Assembly: GCA_051362555.1 (NCBI GenBank)
Contig: CM120642.1
Coordinates: 30,690,001 to 30,754,000 of the forward strand
Direction: 5' to 3'
DNA from: Lingula anatina
Taxonomy: Eukaryota > Animalia > Brachiopoda
DNA length: 64,000 nt
Below, piece after piece: positions 10,462 to 23,500 of the stretch. Positions within the stretch are counted from its first letter, which is position 1. The number at the start of each line of letters is the position of its first letter. Below the pieces are notes generated by a model. That model was given only the letters and a program-made list of their open reading frames with translations. It was not told the DNA's origin and ran no database searches. The translations under genes were made by a program, and so were the position numbers.

Positions 10462-13400
10462 AATGTTCACACAAACAGAACAAAAGACATGTCAGCTGTC
10501 ACTCTGCCCTCAAAGCATTGAAAACCTGAAAAGTAACTCAAGACAAGAAGTGCAGAACAGCCTTGAGAACGGCTTGCAAGTGCTTGATGGTGTCTGCCCA
10601 GTAACATGCCAGAAAATAAATACACAATTACTGGCAATTCCAGTAACTCAGAACAATAAAAAATAAAACATTTATATAGTTATTTTGCAATTCAAAAAAT
10701 ATTCGATGGAGATCTGGAAGAATGTATATAATTCTTATAAGAATTTAAGATGAAAAAAAAAAAATTAAGAGAATGACATCGTACAATCAGCCTTGACCAG
10801 ACAACAGGGGTTGATGATGATGGTAAAACATCTGGATAAATAACATACATGGATACTTAGGTCTGTGTAGATGCAAAATGTTTGGGATTCTTTTGTTTAT
10901 TGACTAAGATGCAGAGACCAGTCAAGTAACCATCAGCTTTCTGCATCTCGCTAATGTCAGAAACAGTGTGGTGCTCGGGATCAAACTTGGCCTCAAGACT
11001 CTGGAAAGAATGGGCACAGACAAACACACTAAAACAAGCAAGTATATGTACTGCTATGTTAACATACTGCCAAAGAAAAACATGGGTTTAAATAAATCTC
11101 AGAATCCACGATCGAACAGTTTCTACAGTAAATGTGATAGATATATTTGGATACTAAAAACGTGCATTAGTTTTTACAGATCTAAACTACTAAACTGGAG
11201 CAAGTACTTTATCTACTGTAAGCATGTGATGAATAATTTTCCTGCAATCATTTTATTGAATATGTCATGACTTTGCTTGAAAACAGTAACAATATTGACT
11301 GAGTCAATCAGTCTTAACTGCAAGACAGCTTAGTGCCTCAGGATCAGCCAACAACACTGACAACAGAGGGAAAAGAGCAGCAAGGGACTTTGTAATCTGT
11401 ATGTCTGTCTTATTTTTCCTAACCAGTATGTTCAGGAAACCATTATTTACCACAACATCGACTACACAATACACATTAAATTTATATAAGTTTCTTGACA
11501 GGTGCTGCAATGGGATAAAGCTGGGTTGAAGAATGGGAATGTAGACAATAGCAGTTGTTGTTTCTTCATACATGCAATCTTTTTGAAAGTAACAATGTAA
11601 TTTCAACAAGTGAAATTAATACACCCTTGAAGAGTTACATAAATGAAGATACAGATGCAGCACAAGAGGAAAAAGCACAGAGGCATGGTACTGTGTGCCA
11701 GGGTGGCTGACAAGGGTCTTTCTGAAGAATTTTAGAATTGCCTTGACCATTGCTGTTGAAGATGATATGGAAGAATGATATGCATTAAAAAATTGACTTT
11801 AGAAGCCTCCATGAAATTAACATGGAAAACAAAAATTGCAGTGAATGTGTGTAGATAATTTGCTTCGATTTCTGCAGGTTCAGCACCCACCCACATATAA
11901 ATTCCCCAGAGAGGGCATCTGACAAAAGCACTGAAGAGAACACAGAGATGCTGTTAACATATACGCATTGGTACACTAACACACAATACATTCAACAAGG
12001 TACTACCCTCCTGAACTAGCTATCTCTCTTTTTTACTCTCATACAGGCAACTCAAATAATATTTTTAAAAAAGTGTAAAAATTAATAAAATGATTTAAAA
12101 AAAAATCATCAATGTAAAAAAGAAGTCACTCTTAATGTGAAGTATTTTCTACTCTTTGGTTATGTAACAGTTTCTTCCTGGTCAATCCACATCACATAGC
12201 ATACCTTTTAAGTTACAACTAAGAGCCAACTAGCACCAGTAATGCTATTCTTGAACGCTGGTTTGAAAAGATTTGGGATTCTTCATTCTTGTGATTAAAA
12301 TACTGAGACAGGTCAAACTGCCGTCTGCTTTCCCTATTTCACTTATGTCGCACACCATGCGGTTATCTATTTTGTGTTCAAGAATCTGCAAAAATTGAAG
12401 CATGAAAGGACCATGCTAGATGGGTAAACATGTGCTGCCACCTATGCTTGTGTTGCTGCCAGGGTTTGGAGGGCATAAGAAATAAGAAACTTGTTTGGAA
12501 AAAAGCTGTCAATTATCTATCGTGGTACTGAATGGAGCCTTGCTATTTGTTTTCTCTCATCTTTCTGCGTTGATTTTTCATTACTGATTTTTAATTTTTG
12601 AAAAATGTGGAATTAACACAACCCAAGCTGCCAAGTCTGAATGGATACTTTTTGTCAATCAATAATTAAACACACAATCTGAAACAGATAAAGGCATGGA
12701 TTGGTTAACCATTCTCTGTCAGTGTGTGTGTGCGTGTGTGTGTGCGTGTGTATGTGGGTCTGGTAACAGATGTATTACATGCAAAACCTGATTTTTAACA
12801 TGCAAAGGCAATCTCTGTGACTTGGCAACTGGGAACAAATACTACTTGATTCAAGACGCCACATCAAATTATCCAAATTTTGCAATGACATGTGGCTAAT
12901 AGGATCATTTGGCAGTTTTCTAAAATCATTTATTACATCTATCTTAGTTATTTTTTACTTAGCTATTCTCATTCCTAAATTGAAAATGTAACAAATTTCA
13001 AATCAGTGTCAATTATACATTACCAATGAAAACATAGCTTGGTGGGGCAATTATCAACTTCCTAAATTGACACATTTTATGGACATGGGAAACTGAAGGG
13101 TAGCTAGTTTTTACATTGGGTCCATTTTTTCCACATTTCTAGACATACTCCAGATGAGGAGGTGGCTGGAAAGAACTTGTTGCTGTTCACACACCAAAAC
13201 TGCATTTAAAATATGGACTGGGGGTAGATCTTTTTTCATCATTAAAATGTTATCATTTATTTTGAGAACATCAATCATCCAATTACGAATTTGAATTTGG
13301 TTTTTGTTAAATCTACACCTCATAAAAAGCCACAAGCAGCAAGGCCCCTACACCAAGCAAATGATAGTAAGTAAAAGCAGACTCATAGCACAAGCAAGTA

Positions 13401-16400
13401 GCACCCACATGTATAATCACAACAATTATATACAATATAGACTACACATATACATAGTACACTATGAAATAACAAAAAATTTCAATATAAAAAATACATT
13501 ACACCATATAAAGCATTTTGAGGTAGCAAAGCAATTCAAGACTTAATAAGTTACTACAAACAGCTTATCATATGGCAAACATATTTACATATGCAAAGAT
13601 GAAAAACAGTCAGCAAAGATGAGAATATTTATCAACAACCACGAGAAATGACTGTAATAAGGAAGCTCCCTGGTACATCTCAACAAGCACAATATTCAGG
13701 GTCACAACTAACACAATGTTATATTTAAGCACTTGTTACAGAGACCAAAATGGTTGCAGGCTAATTCCATGGTTTAACAGAGCTCATTCTATCTGCATCA
13801 GAAAACTTCAATCAGGAACCTTTCTTTCATAAAACTGGATCGTAATTCAGTATTTTTCAGCAAAACAGCAATGTAATTATCAGATATTCTTGTAACTGAA
13901 ACTACAACTGACAATTTAACAGATTTGATCAAAATATGCAGTATGAACATACAAAACAAGGAACAAAATTGTGAGTCAACAACCACCAAACTTCTCAAAG
14001 TATCCAAAAAGGTTTCCATTGATGCTAAAACTCAAAATGCCATTGCTAGAACAAGCTCTGTTCAACGATTTCAAACCTGCAGTTGAACTCACAGGAAAAC
14101 TCTTGGGGATGGTCGTGTCAGGAAGGTGGACACGCATTCCGTTGGCGTACAGCATGTTGGCGGCCTCCTCCTCCTCCACAGTCAGGATCATGTAGGAGTA
14201 AGTCACCTGCTCCTGAACTCTCTGTAACACATACAACTTATTTATGGACTTGTTAACTCTAAACTTCTCTTACATTGTAATAAATATTGCTTTTTTACCG
14301 AACGATTAATAATTCTGAGATAATCTGGTAATTGATTTTTTTAATGTGACAATGGTAACTACTGATAATTTCAAAGAACAGATTCATAATGAACATACAA
14401 CACAATTATACCCCATCTTTTTTTCATTTTAGAACTGAAGGGTTGGGTTGGTTGGTCTGGAAATAATTTTTACCACTTAGCAAAACCTTCAAACTCAACA
14501 CAACTTGCCACTAAAAATCTCTGATTCTTTTTCATGCATTGAAAACAAACTACCATCTTGGGCTATAAAAATGTGATCACCTTCAGTACTTTCTGTGCAG
14601 CTGGGGACCTGCTAACTGCAATAAGCTCTGGCCCTGCCATGCTCATGAGGCTCTTCAGGTGGAGAGCCCCCTCCACACGCACCATGCAGGTGGCATACTC
14701 TGGGAAAGCTTTGGCTATGGCCTGGGCACCCTCTTGGTTGGTTCTGCCAGAAAGACCAACCACGATCTCCTTGCCTGGAAAAGGATATTAGGACAAAAGG
14801 TAAACATTATGGCTGCGTTAAGATTAAAAGTTATCGGTCCAGCAGGATCAATCTATCTCGGGGTGAATTCTCACTAAGGCGCAGTCAATGTAATAAGCTT
14901 AATTGTCTGACATGCTCCTTCACAAAGGCAGCATCATGGACCACAAACAACCCCACCCCCCCTGACTTTACCCAAGTACTTTAAGTTGCAAAGGCAGCGT
15001 GTCAGACGATCAAGCTGATTACATCGATTCCTATAATCAAGCCATGTTGAAAATTGTTGAAACCCCTTGACCACAGCCTGAGCATTCTCTGTAAGCCAGT
15101 TTCATATAACTGGACAACAATTTTCTTGCCTGGAGAGAAACAGTGAAAAGAAAATATAAATCTCTCTTTGCTTAAGCTTCATTATTGGCCCTAAATATAT
15201 TTGTAAATATATATTACTGTAGCAGCCCCCTAACTGTCACAGAATTATCTTAAAATGTATCAGCATCTTTCTGACAGAATTCTTTCCCTTTTTTTACCCA
15301 ATGAAACTTTCTTTTTATAAAGTTGGCCACTTTACTTCACTATCTCAAAACTTTAAAGTTAAAACAAATCTGGAAAGTTAAAACAGTGGCCATCACATTC
15401 TTTTCTCAAACAGAACATTTTAAGCATCTGGCGTGACATTAAAATTGAGTTAATCTACCAATGTGCTGTTCCATATACAGCATTTTTAACAATAATGACT
15501 GCTATCTCAAATAACATATCAGTTAAAAATGTATTTTGCCTGAGTTGAACTCTTTGATATTCAGTATATTCATACCATAGGCAGATGTCTTTCCCATCCC
15601 CATCCCCCACACTGTCCATACCAATCTAAGAGACAGCCAACAACAGTTGTGTAGGCTGCACTTGTAATGCCTGTAAAAACCTTGCGGAAGGCTATAAAGT
15701 AATATATTGGGCAACAGCAGAGCAATTGGTTCACTAACAGCCAGCAAGTCTGAAGATACAAGATGCACCTATTCTGTTGTCTAGGAAGTGCCAATGCCAC
15801 TGTGTCAAGTGTATCTAAGTTATTACGCCAAAAATGTCTTTTTTTTTTAGATATACATGTGCCTGTACTACAGTGTCTGCTGTACATACATAACATTGTA
15901 CTAGTAATTTTGTTATAGAGCACATGTCCTTGTTTAAGATGTGTCTATAACACTGCCTCAGTTGTTTCTGGGATTATTATCAGGATAGTTTTTTTTTTTA
16001 TTTTGTTATTAATTAGCATATATGCCCCTTGTTTCAGTTGTGTCTGTATTATCATTTCAGTTTTCCAGGCCTAGAAATTTCAAAAATAACACAAATAGGA
16101 CAAGATGGGACATCCAGTAGACTCTCACCTGTCCATAACACATCTCCTCCATCTATTGTTGCTTTGTCATTGTCCACTTCCACTATCTTCAGTCCTAGCT
16201 CCTTCCTCAGTGTCTGCCGGATCACTGCAACCTAAAACACACACCAAAAAGTGCTCTGTTATTACTGGCTTGCGAAAATGTTTTGGTCCTTCCACAAGTT
16301 TCACAATAAAATTTTGATATTTCAATTAAAAATTATTAATATTAATATGGCCTTATTTATGATTTTAGTTAAAACTATATATATATAGTTGTTGTTCAAT

Positions 16401-18706
16401 TATGCAGCACCCTACAAAAATATTTCTCAAATGTATCAATTACTTGACTGGGTAATTTTAACAGACCACCCTCATACAGTACTTGCTCTCATTCCCAACA
16501 GCCCCACCCAGCCATAACTCTCCACTCCCTAGGGGTTCAATATGTACTACATCTCCATAGGCAGTCTATCACTTCAACACTTATCTTCTCTAAGCACAGA
16601 CAATATTAACCATCAGCCATAACATCCTCACGCCACACTCTAATACTCTGTGTTATAATCACCTCCAACATCATCATCATCATGCATACAAATGTGAACA
16701 AGGAACATTACATCAATTGAGGTCAATACATATGCACAGGCATGGCCTGTGAGTTACCAAGATGGGCCCTGCTTGTGGATATCACAAATTCGCATTTTAT
16801 GGAACAGGGGAAAGAATCAATAGTTATTCAGTGTAATATTCACTGCAGCTGTATGTTGTTGTTGTTGATGGCATTGTTGTTGTACATTGATGATTATAAC
16901 CAAGAGTATAGATAATATACTGTGTTGATTATTTAAATTTCACTTTAAAGCAAAAAAAAAAAAAAAAAGATTATAAAGTGGCAATAAGTTATTGATTTTT
17001 ACACAAGTTCTATAGTGGAAGTAAATCATCTTCACCATTAAATAACAACTTCATATGCAAGGGTAGAATAGAATATGACAGTAAACAGAACCCATACAAA
17101 CCGCAAGAATCACTGTTTTCCTTATATAATCCACAATGTCAATCCAGATTCCACACATGTATAGTAATTCACAACCAATACATATCACCTCCCCTTGCTT
17201 GTTTGTTAAACATGTCAAACAAGTCTGATTAGAAAAACATTATCTGCTGCCATCCAATTTTCAAAAACACCATTTGTTTTTCATGCAAATTGCTGTGCTT
17301 TCACTTCTTGTGCGTATTTGACAAAGTGAAATTGATGAAGTCAGTACAATGCACACTCTGCGAACTGACAAGTACAACATTTTCAAATCAGTTTCTCCAG
17401 GCTTTCCGTGTATTTTATCAAGCAAAGTGAATGAATCACCCAGCATGCTATCTAGTTTTCCCAGACATGGGAGTACTTTGGTGTGTGTTCCATTGCAACA
17501 GAAGTGGTAATAAATCAGTATATATGAGTATTTATATATAACTGGACGACTCACGTACACCTCGGTATATCTATAATATACTAAAATCAGGTGCACCTAA
17601 ATCACTTACACACTTTCTGCACAATTTCTGATATTCTAGAATGACTTACTGATAGGAACTATTGCTTAGAATAACACACGTTACTTGTAGTGAAAATATA
17701 CACAGGGATTTATATTCAAATACATACATATACATTTTTCTTTAGCTACAGCTGAAAACAGAGTTGAAAGTGGATTTTCTTCAAAAATAAACTTTCTTTT
17801 TCAGCAACTGGTGGAAATTTCATAAGAAAGCTCAAAAGCCTTCAACATATATCCTCAGAGTAAATGCATACACAGTGCATCCCATAATATTCCAAAAATG
17901 GTTCCAGCTGAGCAATCAGGAGTCACTGCCCAAAACTGTGACTGCCATTTTGGAATCCCTTCAACCAGGTATCCGCTCTTGTTCACCACATCTGAATGGA
18001 CCTGTCACCTCCAAATGCTGAATATGCCCAACTTACTACATCAGATATGATGAACATGCTGCTGTATTAACCTTTTTAACCTTTAGGAAGACAAGTCTTA
18101 GCAGCAATATATATCCATCAATCTGATTGCCTATCATTTGTCTGGCATAACACTGATATGATCATTCCAATGATATTTTATCTTTCAGCTATAAATCTTC
18201 TAAATCAGAGACCATTCCAAGAAAAAAGAATTCCTGGAAATAATATAGCAATCATTGCTCAGTTTAATATAGCAATTCAAGTATAACTATGATCCAGAAG
18301 GGGTTTTCCTGTTTTACTAATAAAGCAATGGTACATATCTCAAACATTCCTACCCCATCCAAGTGCACACACACAAAAAAACCCTAACCTATTTACCTGA
18401 TCCAAATTATTCATTAGGCATCCAAGTGGACCAAAATAACCAGCTGATCATATGTCTGCTATGTGAAAAGACTCACTTCTCCGGCATATCTTTTAGGGCT
18501 CATTGCTAATGAACTATCCTTCTACATATATATCGAACCAACTCTGCAGGACATGTTAATCTGTTAATCTGGTTGCATTCAGCGCATTTTCATGCAGTTG
18601 GATCGATCTACACAGAACGATAATTTCATTAGGAGTGAGCCCAAGCTGATTGCTTTTTTTTTAGGTGACAAGTTTTTTCATCAGCTACATATACATATAA
18701 TGTATG

Positions 18707-18770
<64 letters not shown>

Positions 18771-20521
18771 ACGTCTGGAAATTATTTCATACTTTTTGTG
18801 AACAAACACTTATAATCATGCAATTTTATAATTTCATAACCTGCTTACTGATCAAACTCTTAATTTATCTCTGCACACTGCCACAGTAATAAGATTGATC
18901 CAAGTATGTACTAGTACTACTTTCTAAGATCTCGACTTTCACATTTCAGGAATCCTCCAAGTAACGTAACTCAATATCACATAACAGATTGGAGAATTTT
19001 GCAATTTTGTTACTTAGACATTACACTGATGGGCATCTGTGCTAAACATAGATCTATGAGGTAATTTTCATATCAGCTTAGACTAATGCATGTACTGCAT
19101 TATAGCAATCTTGGTAAAAAAAAAAAAATACTGGTTACAGTACACAGACTTAGAAACAACATTTAATTTAGACGCATTAATCAGTGTATGTGTTTGACCT
19201 CATAGATCACAGAAAATGGTTCACCGAAATAGTATCTACTACTGCCACTTGGCTGAAACAGCTGACCATGATTTCTGTTTATCCTGTGGGTCACACAGCT
19301 AGATTAAAATTCTTTTACATAGATCGAGAGCCGATTGGGAACGCAGTCCTGGGATAATGCTAATGGCTGTCACAGGGCCTATAAACTCTCCAACAAAGAG
19401 GCTATGCTTCTTCCTCCTTCAGTTTTTTCTTAACCACCTACAGTAACTCAAAAAGTTGGGAATGGATTTTGAAAAAAATTAGGGATTGGTCAGAAATCTT
19501 ATAATCAAGTAGATTTGGGTAGTGATCTATTTACCAATAAGAACTGAGTTCCCTTGACAGAGGTATGTGCTCTCTCTTTTCTCGATTTTTAAATTTTCTT
19601 CTGTAAGCACTACAAGGAGGGAAAACATGTTTTTTCTCTGCTGTTTTGAATCCTGTAGGAGGTAAAAGCTTCAAATTATCCTGCATTATTTCCAACTCCA
19701 ACAAATTGCATTTGTCATTTATAATGAAATGTACTTGCCAGCCTTGTGTAGGTATACCACAACTGGGGAGAGCTTGCCACCAGCGACTGGTATTCAACTG
19801 AGGAGGTGGCACAGCCAGCTTCCAACTACTAGCTTGCAAATTGATTTTGGCTTAAAGAAAGGGAATATTAGTAGATTTGCCCTCTCTCTTTTCAAAATTC
19901 ACGTCTTTACCACTGATCATTAAAAAAAAGGGGAAAACAAAAACCCATGTGAAATAATAATGTTCATTATGAAAAATTCGGAATGTGATGAGGTGCAACC
20001 ACACGTCAAAACTGATTTTCATGGTATTTTGTTGGTATTCCCCTCCCTTCACTTTCTGTTTTGTCTTCCATTATATTTTAATTTACATCAACTATTAAGT
20101 GTCCTCAATCCAGAGTTAACAGGTACCTCCAGAAAGACTTTCTCCCCCTGAAGACCACATCAATTCGTAATAAAAAAGATGTTTTTCAGTTCCCTATACT
20201 TAGACCAGCCCAATCAATGCAACTTGACAGCCTAACTGTGGTTTACTGCATCTAACCTGACATATTATCAGATCCCTCTGGTCTCCCTACTTCCTTCCTG
20301 CTGTGTTAATGTTGCTCCTAGGCCAAGCTTTCCTAACAGTATGCTTTTAGACCACATTCCATTAACAGTCCAGTTGGAACAGCCTCCTAGTGACAGCCTG
20401 CATCACAATGCATCCCCCCCTTCCTTTTTTTGGGCCACAGACAGCGCATGACTTATTTCCCTACTGCAAAGAAAACCGATTCCTTTGTATAAAATTCACG
20501 TTACCGTTTGTTTGTGCATGT

Positions 20522-20558
<37 letters not shown>

Positions 20559-23500
20559 GTAGGTGGGGGTGGGTTCAAAAGAAAAACATTTCCTGAGATG
20601 ATTAATATCCCAGTAATTTTTCAACTCAAAATAACATTTTATCTTGTTCTGATAAAGGCTTTAAATTCAATCAATGAGTCACTGAGCATTAGGATTATTT
20701 ATTAGATTAACAAAAACTGCAATGTGGGTTTCACTTTCTCTTCCTTTTTTTTCCTTGAAATGTTATCCCCCCAAATAAGCGTAATGTAAGACCTAATCAT
20801 GTCAGCTAAGTGCCTACACACGTAAAACCTGCCACAGTCAATTCATATAAGAATCCTTTATTAAACAAGGAAAAAAATCTAAACAAGATATCTTGACCTC
20901 ATGCTATGAACAACAACTGTTTTTTAGCACAGGAACATATTAGATTGACTCCAGGGTAACACGGCTGGCCCATAAACTTGGTCAATCAAGAATAAAATGA
21001 TAACCAATTTTAATAATTACATCTTTCTTTTCAGTTGATTTTCATAATGTTATTATGATTTATTAGCCTTATCCCATAATTATCTTTACTTTCCCCTGTG
21101 TCGAGTTTCCTGGTGACTACCTTCCCCACAAAAATTTTCATGTAATTATCAAGCAGAGCTCTATTCCTGTAGTATTATAAAATGATAAATCAAATCCATC
21201 AAAGCACAGATAAATCAAAGTATGGACCATAAGGTATAATATCTAACAACAAGCCAACACTGTGGTCTCACCCTGGCCACATTCAGAACAGTGGACTAAC
21301 TAGTCCTAGGGTCAAACATGGGTCCAACTACAGAGCTTGCCTTCTAATCCCCTAATAGACAATGAATAGATTCCAAGTGGGGAAGTATTCCAGTGGGTTG
21401 GCCATATTCGACCCTCGGACAAGTTCGTTCACTGTTCTGAAAGCGACCCCTGACACCTTTCACCAAGTTATGGCTCTGATGACCTGGTCGTCTCATTCAT
21501 TGTCACACTGCTTGGAATTGTCCCCAGTGTCCAAATCCCATTGAATTTTACCTCACAAGTTCTAGTATTTGATTCACTTCATATTCTTGATTCTAATGGA
21601 TGAATAAGAACATTTGTTCATTCAAACATGGTCAATGCTCACTGTTATGATGCATTCCTCCTAAACACAATGCTTGTAATTCTTCCAAACCATTTATCAA
21701 GTTACAAAATTATTTCATTCCCCAGACACTTTTAGCATACGTCAACCTTAAGTATTTAGCTTTCCCCACAATACGTTGGTCTTTGAGGGATTACAATAAC
21801 AAAGCCTTGATCTTAGTGTGGCTAAAAAGACAGATGGTTAGGACTGAAGTCATCCATAAATGAGATTAGGAAAAAGTGCACATATTGCTGACTGTAAACC
21901 AATAAACCTACGGAAAGATAAACAGTTTCTGATGAATCTCAGACATTGATAATTTCAAGCAGTTAAAACTTAAATCTCAATCTTCATTGTGTCAGCACAT
22001 CAAACGGTCATCTTTTTTAAAAATCATACCAGTATATAGTATGCACATTAAAGGCAAAGTGAAATGAATTCTCCAGACAGAACTGCACTTGACCATGACA
22101 TTAGTGCTGATGAGATCATGAGCAATATAAAAAAATTGAAAAATGGCAAATCAACAGGGGAAGACAAGGTAACCAACGAAATGATAAAATCAGGGAAGGA
22201 TTATCTTATAGATGTAATTGTAAAATTGTTCAATATCATATACAAAAGTGCTAAGTACCCATCAATATGGAACAAGGCATATATAGTCCCTATCCACAAA
22301 TCTGGTGATGAATCAAATGTTAACAACTACAGGGGAATATCTATTACAAGCTGCCTCGGAAAGCTGTACAACTCGGTCCTGTTAAACAGAATTCAAGCAC
22401 ACGCATCCCAACAAGGGATACCCCTACCTCATCAAACTGGGTTTAAACATGGTCATGGTACTTCAGATAATATCTTTATATTTAAGTCCATTATTACAAA
22501 ATTTATGAAAGGAAAGAAAAAATTATACACATGTTTCATTGACTTTTCAAAAGCATTCGATAGTGTTTGGAGGAACGGACTACTGTTCAAGCTAAGTACT
22601 CTAGGAATAAGAGGACTTATGTACAAAAACATTAAAAGCATGTATGAAAACTCCCAAGCATGTGTTAAGACAAGTAGTGGTATATCCCCGGCCTTTAATA
22701 CAACACTAGGTGTAAAACAAGGTGACACATTGAGCCCATTTCTTTTTAATATTTTTATTGACGACCTTCTTAGATCAATTGATAGCGAAAGTGCTGCAAG
22801 TCCAGATATAAATGGAATACCAATACAAGGTTTACTCTATGCTGATGACCTCATCCTTATGTCCAAGACCCCCAATGGGCTAAGGCAAAGTTTGGAAGTA
22901 GTAGAAAATTTCTGTAACAAGTGGAGACTGACTGTAAATGTCACCAAAACTAAAGTAGTTATTTTCAACTCAAAATCAAAAGCTCACAGTGAAAAATTTT
23001 TCCTGTATGGAAAACCAATCCAAGAGGTCAACAAATACATGTATCTAGGTCTCCTTCTAAATCGATCAGGAAGCTTTACAGAAACCAAAAATAATCTCCT
23101 ACAACGTGCTACAAAGGCATTCTTCAGTCTGTCCAAGTCTCTTCCACTTCAGAGTAATGTTAACACATCCTTAAAAGAGAAATTATTTGATACCCTCATT
23201 TCCCCAATCCTTACATATTGCTCAGAGATATGGGGCTACTCGGTGTCAACGGATAACTGCCCTACAGAAAAGTTGCACTTAAAATTTTGCAAACAAATCC
23301 TTGGCCTCCATCAAAACGTATCAAACTATGGTGTATACACTGAACTTGGCCGCCTTCCCCTCTATACCAAAATACAGTTTGCATCTGTCAAACTATGGTG
23401 TAAAATTATTCAAATGTCTGATGCTACACTAATGAAACAAGCATACATACAAGAGATAAATAGTTACAAGTTGCTGACACCCTATGTCCCACCCGCAGTC

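Noticed and set aside
11304-11609. ORF containing NGFLNILVRKNK as a further DDAH terminal exon
   Set aside because: No DISE or KADG motif and no convincing phase-0 acceptor; the similarity could be chance.
13976-14092. Read-through of DDAH exon 4 (VSSTAG...FEKFGGC*) as a fourth C-terminus or degenerate exon copy
   Set aside because: There is a strong GTGAGT donor at 14092. The resemblance of EKFGGC to KADGxLT is weak and needs a frameshift, and the region is better explained as an RNA stem arm.
18592-18889. ORFs with IYIYIY runs, and similar CVCVCV, IIIII and THTHT ORFs at 20390-20705, 53457-53678, 55313-55552 and 63430-63760
   Set aside because: These are translations of microsatellites or low-complexity DNA, not genes.
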